A stretch of 64,000 nucleotides of DNA from a virus. Lineage: Duplodnaviria > Caudoviricetes. Of the stretch, positions 1 through 8,870 are shown piece after piece. The first letter of the stretch is position 1. The number at the start of each line of letters is the position of its first letter. A program made the position numbers and the translations under genes. Where the stretch lies: IMG/VR virus record IMGVR_UViG_3300042448_001920, positions 2,102-66,101 of that record, one strand, 5' to 3'. The notes under the pieces are model-generated. The model made no database searches, was not told where the DNA came from, and saw only the letters and a list, made by a program, of their open reading frames with translations.

Positions 1-3000
1 TAACAATAGGGTATTGCGCAACTTTTCTTACGTAATATTGACCCTGATAGGTAACACAAGTTTCTGCTTTGTATTCTTTATTTGGGTCAAATACTGTCGC
101 ACCCGTTAAGTTGTGATAATACGTACCACCAGCTAATTTAGGTAATAATCTTTCACTAATAACACCAATAGTACCATAAGGTATTGGTAAACCTTCTGTT
201 GAAGGTGTTATTAATTCAGCTGCCGCAACTATCGGAATTAAATCCAATGAATTTTCAGCAAAGAAATCTTGTTCAAGATTTATTAAATCCCTCTCCCTTC
301 TATCCGTATTAGCAAATGTTCTTTCATCGTAAACATCTGTGTTAGCGTAATAGTTAAATGTTAACGCATTTTGTAATTGGTCAACATATCTTCTTAAGCC
401 TTGTCCACCAATATATTTAAATGATAAATTAACCTTAGCAAGCATTGGTTGTACACCGATACCTTCAGGATTTAAATCCCATAGTAACGGATCATAACTA
501 ATATTCAAACTATTAATAATGATTTTTGTGTGGTAAAAATCACCAATTCTTAAAACAGATACTGGTGGTCTACCAAAAGCTGTGTTTTTAGCATCACAAC
601 CAGGTACACCAATATCTTTAGTAATTGTATCACCAGGTCTCATACATTGCTGTAAGAAAGTTAATCTTGCGTTTAAACCTTCTGGTGTCATCGCATGGAA
701 TGCTGGGCTAAAATATTTTAATTTTTGTTTTAAACTATCAAAAATAATTGGTGACTCTTCTGATAAATAATCAAAGTAATCACACTCAGTTAATAATTTA
801 TTGAGTATTCTTTGCGCAATTTCTCTTTTAGTTACATTTGTTGTTGGAACTTCTTCCTCACGATATAACGGTGGTGTTTCCGCTGGTGGTTCCTTTCTTT
901 CCAAAGGTATTACTTTTGGTATAAGTTCAGCGTTAATTTCAACTCTTCTCGCAAATGAGGCAATTGGCGATAAGTTACCACAAACAATGTCAGATTCTTC
1001 TCTTGCTATTTGTTCAAAAGGTTTTGTTCTTACAGCTATACATGTACCAATATATTTTTCTGCTATTTTAGTACCATCCTTTAGTATAAAATTATCTTTA
1101 TATTTAAACCACTCATCTTTTGTTTTGACCATATAATAAGTTTCGTTTTGACCATAGCTTATTGGGAAATAGTCAACATTATCTTTGGTTTTAAGTGGTC
1201 TACCAAATAATTGGGTGTACTCGTTAGGTTCTGGGTTTGTTTGGAATAAATCGTCTAATGTCTGGCCTCTTGAAACAATATCAAAACTAATCTCTTGTTT
1301 AGAATTAATGTCACCTCTTAAAATAACAATTCTTTTTGATTTTTCCAAATCACCATGTAGTTTATTAACATCAGCTTCTGATATTATTTCTTTACCGTCT
1401 GTTGTAAAACATTTAACATCAGCATCACTCATTACATCAAGTATTAACCATTTTGTAACTGAAACAAATCTTCTTGAAGCCAATTTATCGTTATATCTTT
1501 GCAAAGCCGCTGCATCTTGACCAGGTGCTGATGGTGATGCGTGTGCAACCATACTAAATCTTAAATTATAATCTTTAGTACTAGCATAAGCTTTTGCTGA
1601 ATAAGTTTTTGCTATAGATTGGTATTGTTCCTTATAACCATATGATTTTTGGGGATATGTTTTTCTATCTTCTGTAAAAAAGTGTTGGTGTTCTGCTGGT
1701 GCGTTAGTACCTATTGTATAGTCATATCTAATCCAAGCTAATCTTTCGGCAGGTGATAAATTAGAATTACCGCCAACAGCAACTTCTTTAAACTCTGAGT
1801 TTTGGTCAAGTTTTGTACCTCTCGCCAAACTATCATATATTTCATAATAATCGGAATATTTGTCAACAACAAAATTATCTGGATTTTTATATGAATTTTT
1901 TTGTATTGGAATGTCGTTCTCAAAGAATAAATTAAACTGTGTGTTTTTTATAGTTTCTAATCTTGGGGTTTCTATCTTAACACCTTCTTGCTGGAAACTA
2001 CCAGATGATTCAACTTTAGTTCTTATTTTCTCATTAGGTAATCTAATATCTAAATCAGATATAACCTTTTTAAAATATTCAATATCACTATCACTAAATA
2101 CACCCCATATTCTCGCCAATTCAAATATGTCATAATCCAAACAACCAGCCCAAAAAGCCGCCAATAATTCGTCAACTTCACCATCCGTTAATTGGGCAAA
2201 TTCTTTATCAACCAATAAGTTCATTATTGTTGGGTGATCGACAACGATGTCCCATGACAACGTACCAGATCTTTCCGTGTTGTTATATGTATATATTGGT
2301 TCTGGTCTACCTAAAAATTGGTGAGTAGTCCAGTTTGTTGTTGTATCATCGGTAAATCTAATGTTATAAGGTGGGAACCACATGATTCTTCCACCATTAG
2401 AACCTTTTTCACAAGGTGGTAATTCATTAAATTGCGCTGAATCTCTCCAAGCTAAATTCTCAATGGAGAACATATATTTTCTCGCCCTTTTTTCACCAAA
2501 AGCTTCAACAACGGCATCACCCAAACCATCACCTAATCTACCATAACCTTCGTTAACGTTAAGTGCTGATGGGTGTATATTTAAGTTTCCGTATCTATCC
2601 AATACAGAATTTCTTTCTTTTCTATTTAATTCTTTCCATCTAATAAGATCTGTTATTTTCGAGAATGGCTTTGCTTTTGTCCAAGCTCTACAAAGAGTAA
2701 CCTCATTATACATTCTCTCATCATCTCTCTTACCAGCTGTATCCAAACCAGGTACTAAATAAGTATAACCAATAACCTCATCTTTTTTGTTTTTTCTTGT
2801 GGTTCTAAGTGGAGTAATTACACCAGAACTTTTTGGTGAAAAGTGGTATCCATCGGTAAATTTTGTTTTTGTTTGGTCAATGGATCTTATTGCACGGTTA
2901 CTATAACTACTTTCTAGTAATTTTTGTGTGACATCCATTATTGAACAATCTCTAAATCTATCAGCAGAAGTTCTGGATAAAATATCGTTATCAAGATCAG

Positions 3001-6000
3001 CATCCCAATTAAGTTTACCATTTTTACCATCTTCTATTGTCCAACGTGTTTCAACTGACTCACCTCTCCAAATAAATGAAGTTTGAACTGATCCGTATTT
3101 TGAAACATCTTCAACACCTGGTTCTACGAAATAGTTGGGTACACCACCGTTTTCTCCCGTACCAATTCTAATAGCCTTTGTTAACTCGCTATTAGCTTTA
3201 ACCTGTAAACCATTATTATCTTGTAACAAATAGAATATACTAACATTTTTACCAGCTGTAATGTATGGAGTGAAAACAACATCCTCAGTACCTTTTTGGG
3301 CTTTAGCTGTTCTTTTAAATAACCTTTTATCAGCACCACTTAATTTGTTTGTATAATCTGGTGAATATTTGTTATTACCTAAATTAGAAAACAAGAAAAA
3401 TCTTTGAGCTCTACCCGTTTCATCTAATCTATCAATAACTCTATTCTCTAATTTATCTTCTATTCTTGAATCACCGAAACAAGTTGGTCTTAGTGTAACA
3501 GAATCATCTGAAAAGAAAGCGGATGTTAAACCACCTAAACCACCAATATCTGAAATAAAGCTAGCTAATTTACCTAAACCGCCCTTAAATGTTGTGATAT
3601 CAGCATTACCCCTTTCAAGAATTGATGATGGATCTTTAATGAACTCAATAACTTTGAGTGGGTTTGTTAACATATCATCAATGGTTGTTAAACCAGCAAC
3701 TTCCTGAGCCGTTTTAGCTAATAACCTTGTGTTTAAATGGAATTTTAATTGCAATGCCGCTACTTGTGCCAACACCGTATCATTTTTTAAAGTAGGTTCG
3801 GTTAACAAATTTGCTATATCCAAATCAGCACCTAATAGAGCACTCAATGGTGTTGATGCTGTAGGTATATTTAAGAAATCACCCATTCTTATTTCTGTTG
3901 GGTCAGCATTACTTAATTTGTCCTGAGTAAGATATGGGTTTTGTGGTGTGTTTGGTGTTTGATTTAATAATAAATTTTGTAATATTTCATATACGACAAC
4001 ATTTTCAGCACCATATTTATTACTACTTATATTAGTTGTGTAGTTTGGTGTTAAACTAGATAATTGCGCCTGGTTAGGTACAATAAAGTCGTTTATGATT
4101 GTGGACGCACCAACTGGAACAACACCTGGGTTAGCTAATGTGAATGCATCAGTAGGATCGTTTGGATCCTTAACCATATTTTTATTAAATAAACTGATCA
4201 TTATTGGACCAGCCAATGTAACAACATCACCAGGGTTAAGATTTGCAAATGTACTTATTTGTGCTAAAGTACCTCTACCAGCTAAATACTGTGCAGCAAT
4301 TGACGCACTTGGTGATAAAGCGGTAAGACCAGCAGAAACATCTACTGGTGTGTTTAATGTCATTGATAAGTTTAAGTTCCTTGGTGTTACAGCTTGTGTT
4401 ATTACATCACCAGGGTTAACAACGTTAAAATTATTGATGGTTGTATCTAAACCTCTACCACCTAAATATTGGGATGCGATTAAAGCTGAAGGTGTTAAAT
4501 TAACAATACCAGCAGTAATATCAGCTGGTGTGTTTAGGTTCATCGCAAGATCCAATGTTCTTGGTGCAAATGCATCTGAAACAACATTACCAGGGTTTAC
4601 ATTTATATAGTCATTAATAACACTATCTAAACCTCTACCAGCCAAATATTGAGCCGCTAAAGCACCACTTAATGAAGTAACCCCAGCTGTAATATCAGCT
4701 GGTGTGTTTAGAGTATGTGAAAAGTTTAAGTTTCTTGGTATTACAGAGTCTGTAACAACGTTACCAGGGTTTGTGTTAGGTAATGTACCAATCGCAACAA
4801 ATGATCCCTTACCAGCCAAATATTGCGCTGCATAGGCGCCACTTAAATTATTAACCCCTGCGGCAATATCAACTGGGGTGTTTAATGTTTGTGCAAAGTT
4901 TTGTGTTCTAGGTGTTACAGCTTCACTCAATACATCACCAGGGTTTACGTTTGGTGATGTTGTGATAGCAACAAACGTACCTTTACCTGAAAGGTATTGT
5001 GCTGCTAAAGAAGCGTTGGGTGACAAATCATTTACACCAGCAGTAATGTCCGTAGGTGTACTTAATGTTTGTGCAAAGTTTTGTATTCTAGGAACTACAG
5101 CATCTGTTAATACATCTCCAGGGTTAACAACATTAAATGTGTTAATAACACTGAATGTACCTAAACCAGCTAAGTACTGTGCGGCATAAGCAGCGTTAGC
5201 AGTTAAATCGTTTACACCAGCGGTAATATCAGCAGGTGTATTTAGATTCATTGCAAGATCTAACGCTCTTGGTATTAATGCGTCAGTTAATACATCACCA
5301 GGGTTTATATTCGCAAATGTGTTAATTACGGTAAACGCACCCTTACCTGAAAGGTATTGTGCAGCGTATGCTGCGTTAGGCGTTAAATCGTTCACACCAG
5401 CAGTAATATCTGTAGGTGTGTTTAGAGTCATGGCGAAATCCAAGTTCCTTGGGGCAATTGCATCGGTTAATACATCACCAGGATTAACATTCACAAAATC
5501 ATTTACAACTGTGAATGAACCTCTACCTGAAAGGTATTGCGCAGCAAAAGTCGCATTAGCCGTTAAATCGTTTACACCAGCGGTAATATCCGTTGGGGTA
5601 TTTAATGTATGTGATAAATCCAAATTTCTTGGTGCAACAGCTTCTGTTAACACATCACTTGGATTTACATTTGAAAAATCATTTATTACGGTTAATTGAC
5701 CTTTACTATTAACCAAAGAAGCCACGTAAGCGGCACTTGTTGTTGTATCAAGTAAACCAGCGTTAATATCAGCTGGTGTATTTAATGTTTTATTAAGGTT
5801 TGCTATTCTAGCTGGGATACCATCAGTATCAACATCGCCAGGGTTTTGTACATTATGAAAATGTATCGCAGCGTCTTGTCCTAACGAACTCAAATAAGCG
5901 TTAACCGTAACCGAATTGGTTAAGTTAACCAAACCAGTTACAACATCAGGTGGTGCCTGTAAATTTAAATTAAGGATAACATTTCTAAACTGTCCCGATA

Positions 6001-6016
6001 TACTATTTAAGCTCAT
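1..6016 (-). CDS. Giant (>2000 aa, 3'-truncated) baseplate/tail-tube-initiator-like structural protein with N-terminal tandem repeats and an OmpA-like insert
   Basis: Absent from the ORF track, consistent with no stop before the window edge. ATG at 6016 (MSLNSISGQFRNVILNL...) is in the same frame as ...YVRKVAQYPIV at the window start. Contains RIMWFPPY..FLGRPEPIYTYNNTERSG and FGRPPVSVLRIGDFYHTKIII (gp48/gp54/CIS tube-initiator-like), and YNDKLASRRFVSV...RRVEI (OmpA-like). Confidence 0.8.
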   Translation of the reverse strand, partial: MSLNSISGQFRNVILNLNLQAPPDVVTGLVNLTNSVTVNAYLSSLGQDAAIHFHNVQNPGDVDTDGIPARIANLNKTLNTPADINAGLLDTTTSAAYVASLVNSKGQLTVINDFSNVNPSDVLTEAVAPRNLDLSHTLNTPTDITAGVNDLTANATFAAQYLSGRGSFTVVNDFVNVNPGDVLTDAIAPRNLDFAMTLNTPTDITAGVNDLTPNAAYAAQYLSGKGAFTVINTFANINPGDVLTDALIPRALDLAMNLNTPADITAGVNDLTANAAYAAQYLAGLGTFSVINTFNVVNPGDVLTDAVVPRIQNFAQTLSTPTDITAGVNDLSPNASLAAQYLSGKGTFVAITTSPNVNPGDVLSEAVTPRTQNFAQTLNTPVDIAAGVNNLSGAYAAQYLAGKGSFVAIGTLPNTNPGNVVTDSVIPRNLNFSHTLNTPADITAGVTSLSGALAAQYLAGRGLDSVINDYINVNPGNVVSDAFAPRTLDLAMNLNTPADITAGIVNLTPSALIASQYLGGRGLDTTINNFNVVNPGDVITQAVTPRNLNLSMTLNTPVDVSAGLTALSPSASIAAQYLAGRGTLAQISTFANLNPGDVVTLAGPIMISLFNKNMVKDPNDPTDAFTLANPGVVPVGASTIINDFIVPNQAQLSSLTPNYTTNISSNKYGAENVVVYEILQNLLLNQTPNTPQNPYLTQDKLSNADPTEIRMGDFLNIPTASTPLSALLGADLDIANLLTEPTLKNDTVLAQVAALQLKFHLNTRLLAKTAQEVAGLTTIDDMLTNPLKVIEFIKDPSSILERGNADITTFKGGLGKLASFISDIGGLGGLTSAFFSDDSVTLRPTCFGDSRIEDKLENRVIDRLDETGRAQRFFLFSNLGNNKYSPDYTNKLSGADKRLFKRTAKAQKGTEDVVFTPYITAGKNVSIFYLLQDNNGLQVKANSELTKAIRIGTGENGGVPNYFVEPGVEDVSKYGSVQTSFIWRGESVETRWTIEDGKNGKLNWDADLDNDILSRTSADRFRDCSIMDVTQKLLESSYSNRAIRSIDQTKTKFTDGYHFSPKSSGVITPLRTTRKNKKDEVIGYTYLVPGLDTAGKRDDERMYNEVTLCRAWTKAKPFSKITDLIRWKELNRKERNSVLDRYGNLNIHPSALNVNEGYGRLGDGLGDAVVEAFGEKRARKYMFSIENLAWRDSAQFNELPPCEKGSNGGRIMWFPPYNIRFTDDTTTNWTTHQFLGRPEPIYTYNNTERSGTLSWDIVVDHPTIMNLLVDKEFAQLTDGEVDELLAAFWAGCLDYDIFELARIWGVFSDSDIEYFKKVISDLDIRLPNEKIRTKVESSGSFQQEGVKIETPRLETIKNTQFNLFFENDIPIQKNSYKNPDNFVVDKYSDYYEIYDSLARGTKLDQNSEFKEVAVGGNSNLSPAERLAWIRYDYTIGTNAPAEHQHFFTEDRKTYPQKSYGYKEQYQSIAKTYSAKAYASTKDYNLRFSMVAHASPSAPGQDAAALQRYNDKLASRRFVSVTKWLILDVMSDADVKCFTTDGKEIISEADVNKLHGDLEKSKRIVILRGDINSKQEISFDIVSRGQTLDDLFQTNPEPNEYTQLFGRPLKTKDNVDYFPISYGQNETYYMVKTKDEWFKYKDNFILKDGTKIAEKYIGTCIAVRTKPFEQIAREESDIVCGNLSPIASFARRVEINAELIPKVIPLERKEPPAETPPLYREEEVPTTNVTKREIAQRILNKLLTECDYFDYLSEESPIIFDSLKQKLKYFSPAFHAMTPEGLNARLTFLQQCMRPGDTITKDIGVPGCDAKNTAFGRPPVSVLRIGDFYHTKIIINSLNISYDPLLWDLNPEGIGVQPMLAKVNLSFKYIGGQGLRRYVDQLQNALTFNYYANTDVYDERTFANTDRRERDLINLEQDFFAENSLDLIPIVAAAELITPSTEGLPIPYGTIGVISERLLPKLAGGTYYHNLTGATVFDPNKEYKAETCVTYQGQYYVRKVAQYPIV
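4110..5990 (-). repeat. ~10 tandem 174-180 bp (58-60 aa) coding repeats
   Basis: NP(G/S)(D/N)V anchors at about 5831, 5651, 5471, 5291, 5111, 4931, 4757, 4583, 4403 and 4223. Unit approximately NPGDVLTDAxxPRxLxxxxTLNTPxDITAGVNDLTxNAAYAAQYLxGxGxFxxxxxxxNx. Confidence 0.92.
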
Positions 6017-6021
6017 ATATA

Positions 6022-6028
6022 ATAAATA
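6022..6028 (-). promoter_or_regulatory. Putative late promoter motif TATTTAT
   Basis: 5 nt upstream of the ATG at 6016. Confidence 0.55.
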
Positions 6029-6054
6029 TTATTCAAATCGTTTTTTATTAAGAA

Positions 6055-8817
6055 TTATATTGGCGCAACACCAAAATCAACAATATAATTTGCGGTACCG
6101 TTTCCATTTTGTGACATTGTTTTTTTAATCCACTCACCCATCATAACAGGATCTGAATCATAAAAGTCTTTTGCATTTATTTTTTGAGTACCGTCTTTAG
6201 TTTTTGCTTCAATCTCACCATTCACAACAACCGTAATTGTTTGTTCACTAGAGTTGGCAGAATTTGAATACTTATTAGCGTTTAATTCCGAAATTAATGC
6301 CATTGCTGATCCAGGTGAAGCTGAAAAAGCTTTACCGTTTGATAGTGCTAAATAATCATTAACTTTTAAACTTGCATCAGATATTTCAGCACCTAGTTCT
6401 TGTGGTACAGCGTCAATACCTATTATGCTTTTTAATTCTTCGTTATTACCTTTTAATGCTTCTGATATTAAATCTTGTTTAGCTTGGTTACCACCAGTAA
6501 AAAGATCTGAAAATTGTGCCCCACTAGCGCTAAAATTAGCTACCGCCCTATCAGCCAAATAATCAGCGGCACTAGTCCAACCAACCATATCAGCAGCTGT
6601 CATACCAACAATGTCAACAGCACCACCAATACCAGATAGTATACCACCTAATAAATCGTCACTCCACCCAGCTTGGTTTTGTTCTTCCCTTGTTTTCTTA
6701 ACTATTTCGGTTAAGGCACCCTTGTTATCAATACCCATTGCTTGTGCTATATCCCTTGTTTTTTTATCTTTAGTTTCCATAGCAATACCAGCTTTCCATA
6801 AAGATTCACCGACAGTTGGCACGTCTTTCATTGCTTTAAGTATTTCACCAAATAAGATTTTTACATACGGTATAACACCATCTAAAACAAAACGCACCAC
6901 TTCATTGAATATCGTACCTATTTTTTGGAAAAAAGTTTTGTTTTTATCACCCATGATATCTCTTATACCCTTTATAAAATCCTTAAAACCAGCTAAAAAC
7001 AAATCCATACCAGTTCTAAATGTACCACCTGGGCTAAACAAATCTTTCATAAGTGGTATTAATGTTGCGGCTATTTCTTTACCTAAGGTTTCAATCTCAT
7101 TCAATAAACCGCTATCAGCTAAAAGTTTATTCAACTCCGTAAATAAAGGTGTTAAACCAATTGCAAATCTTTCTAATATATTATTAAATCTATCTTGTAG
7201 TGTTAATCTTTGTTTTGCGGCTTCTTCATTAGCTGTTCTTTGTGATAAAATTTGTCTTAATTGATCTTGGCTTGTTATATTACTAACCAATTGGCTAACA
7301 CCGTTAGCCATTTTAATTTCATATTGACCTTTATCGTTTACTGTCATTAAATTAGCCAATGCCTGTTGGTCGTCATCACTAAAACCAATTAAAGAACCTG
7401 TGGTTTTTGTTAAGTTATTTAATTTGTCAGCTGTTCTAGCTTGCTCTATACCAGCATTAACAATATCATCATAGTTTTGTCCAAGTGCTTCAGCGGTCTC
7501 TCTTAATATTTGACGTTGCGCTGGTGGTATTATAAAATCACCATTTTTGTTTTTAATGGCTAAACTTTTTGCTGAAGTTATTAATTTTTCGGCCATACCA
7601 TCCGCATTGTTCATCGAATCGTACATTAATTGGAACGGGTCACCAAACATTTGTGCAAACTCACCGCCAAGAACTTGTATCTTAGCCGCAGCTTCCACAG
7701 CCTTTTCTGGGCTAAAGAAAGCATCTTTAAATGATTTAATTGATTCAGCTAAGTTAAATCTTAATGATTCGGCTTTAGCGGCTAGTTTTGTTAAACCCTC
7801 AACGCTTCTACCAAAACCAGATCCTGTTAAAGCTTTAACAACATCTGTTGTTGTTTGTAATAATTTTGTTTGATTAATATTAAATCTAGCAGCCTCATTT
7901 CTACCTTTTTGGGCAACTTTAAGTGTTGTACCTAATGAATACCCAACATTATCAAATTCAGCAACCATTTTGGTTACACCCTCAACAGCTAATCCAGTAC
8001 TATTACCAAGATTAACAATATCGGTAATTTCTTTAGTACTAAAAATTCTGTTTTTACCAGTTGCTTCACTAAAACCTTTTATGATCTTGCCAACGTCTTC
8101 TATTTTACCACCATACTCAAGTATTTCGTTGTATATTGTTGGCATCGCATCTAATAACTGGTAATACTCTTTACTTGTCATACCAATATCAGCGGATAAG
8201 GCACCTACAACTTTTTGCATTTCTAGGAACAGTTTCCAAGCTCTTTCTATCGGGAAGATGATTTTAAAAATTGCTTTACCAATATCCCAAGCAGTACTTA
8301 AAATACTACCAAATAAACTAAATAAACCACCAAATACGTTAGTTAATGTACCACCAACTTTACCAAATAAATCAAATGCTCTACCCAAACCACTTACGGA
8401 ACCTTTAGCTGTTTGGTAATTTACTTCTTGTATCTCTTTTTCAAGTTCAAGTTGCTCTTTTTTCTTTTTAACCAACTTAGCTGCTTCTTTGTTACCCCTT
8501 TTTTCAAGTTCATTAGCGACTTTACCCATATTAACAATCTCATCTTCGGTTTTTTTAAGATTTTTCTTAGCTTTTCTAAGGTTATCAGCGTCTTCAGCCA
8601 TTTCCTTAGCAAATCTTTTTAAGTTACCCCATATTGATTGTGTTTTTAAATCCCACTCTCTACCAGCAGCTTTTTTAGCGTTTATGGCATCATACATAGA
8701 CAACATCTTATTGATGTGGTCTTCTTCTTGTGTTTGGCTTATAATACCCTTTTTTCTGGCATCCGTTAACTTGTTTAAAGCCCCGTCCAAATTGTTAAAA
8801 AAATCTGCTTGCGCCAT
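6055..8817 (-). CDS. Tape-measure-like protein, paralog A (920 aa)
   Basis: Long helical Ala/Leu/Lys-rich protein with hydrophobic patches, downstream of the tube and chaperone genes. Motif EAAAKIQVLGGEFAQMFGDPFQLM. Confidence 0.7.
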   Translation of the reverse strand: MAQADFFNNLDGALNKLTDARKKGIISQTQEEDHINKMLSMYDAINAKKAAGREWDLKTQSIWGNLKRFAKEMAEDADNLRKAKKNLKKTEDEIVNMGKVANELEKRGNKEAAKLVKKKKEQLELEKEIQEVNYQTAKGSVSGLGRAFDLFGKVGGTLTNVFGGLFSLFGSILSTAWDIGKAIFKIIFPIERAWKLFLEMQKVVGALSADIGMTSKEYYQLLDAMPTIYNEILEYGGKIEDVGKIIKGFSEATGKNRIFSTKEITDIVNLGNSTGLAVEGVTKMVAEFDNVGYSLGTTLKVAQKGRNEAARFNINQTKLLQTTTDVVKALTGSGFGRSVEGLTKLAAKAESLRFNLAESIKSFKDAFFSPEKAVEAAAKIQVLGGEFAQMFGDPFQLMYDSMNNADGMAEKLITSAKSLAIKNKNGDFIIPPAQRQILRETAEALGQNYDDIVNAGIEQARTADKLNNLTKTTGSLIGFSDDDQQALANLMTVNDKGQYEIKMANGVSQLVSNITSQDQLRQILSQRTANEEAAKQRLTLQDRFNNILERFAIGLTPLFTELNKLLADSGLLNEIETLGKEIAATLIPLMKDLFSPGGTFRTGMDLFLAGFKDFIKGIRDIMGDKNKTFFQKIGTIFNEVVRFVLDGVIPYVKILFGEILKAMKDVPTVGESLWKAGIAMETKDKKTRDIAQAMGIDNKGALTEIVKKTREEQNQAGWSDDLLGGILSGIGGAVDIVGMTAADMVGWTSAADYLADRAVANFSASGAQFSDLFTGGNQAKQDLISEALKGNNEELKSIIGIDAVPQELGAEISDASLKVNDYLALSNGKAFSASPGSAMALISELNANKYSNSANSSEQTITVVVNGEIEAKTKDGTQKINAKDFYDSDPVMMGEWIKKTMSQNGNGTANYIVDFGVAPI

Positions 8818-8845
8818 ATGTTAAATTTAATTATTATTGCTTAAC

Positions 8846-8853
8846 TATAAATA
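8846..8853 (-). promoter_or_regulatory. Putative late promoter motif TATTTATA
   Basis: 28 nt upstream of the ATG at 8817. Confidence 0.6.
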
Positions 8854-8870
8854 TTAAACATTCTATTTTA

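Noticed and set aside
4110-5990. 180-bp periodicity as a CRISPR array or DGR template/variable repeats
   Set aside because: The repeats are contiguous, in frame and vary mainly at synonymous positions. There are no unique spacers, no adenine-specific variation noticed and no RT or cas genes in the window.
582-6128. Many short plus-strand ORFs in the track
   Set aside because: They are antisense shadows of the single long minus-strand reading frame and have no recognisable motifs.
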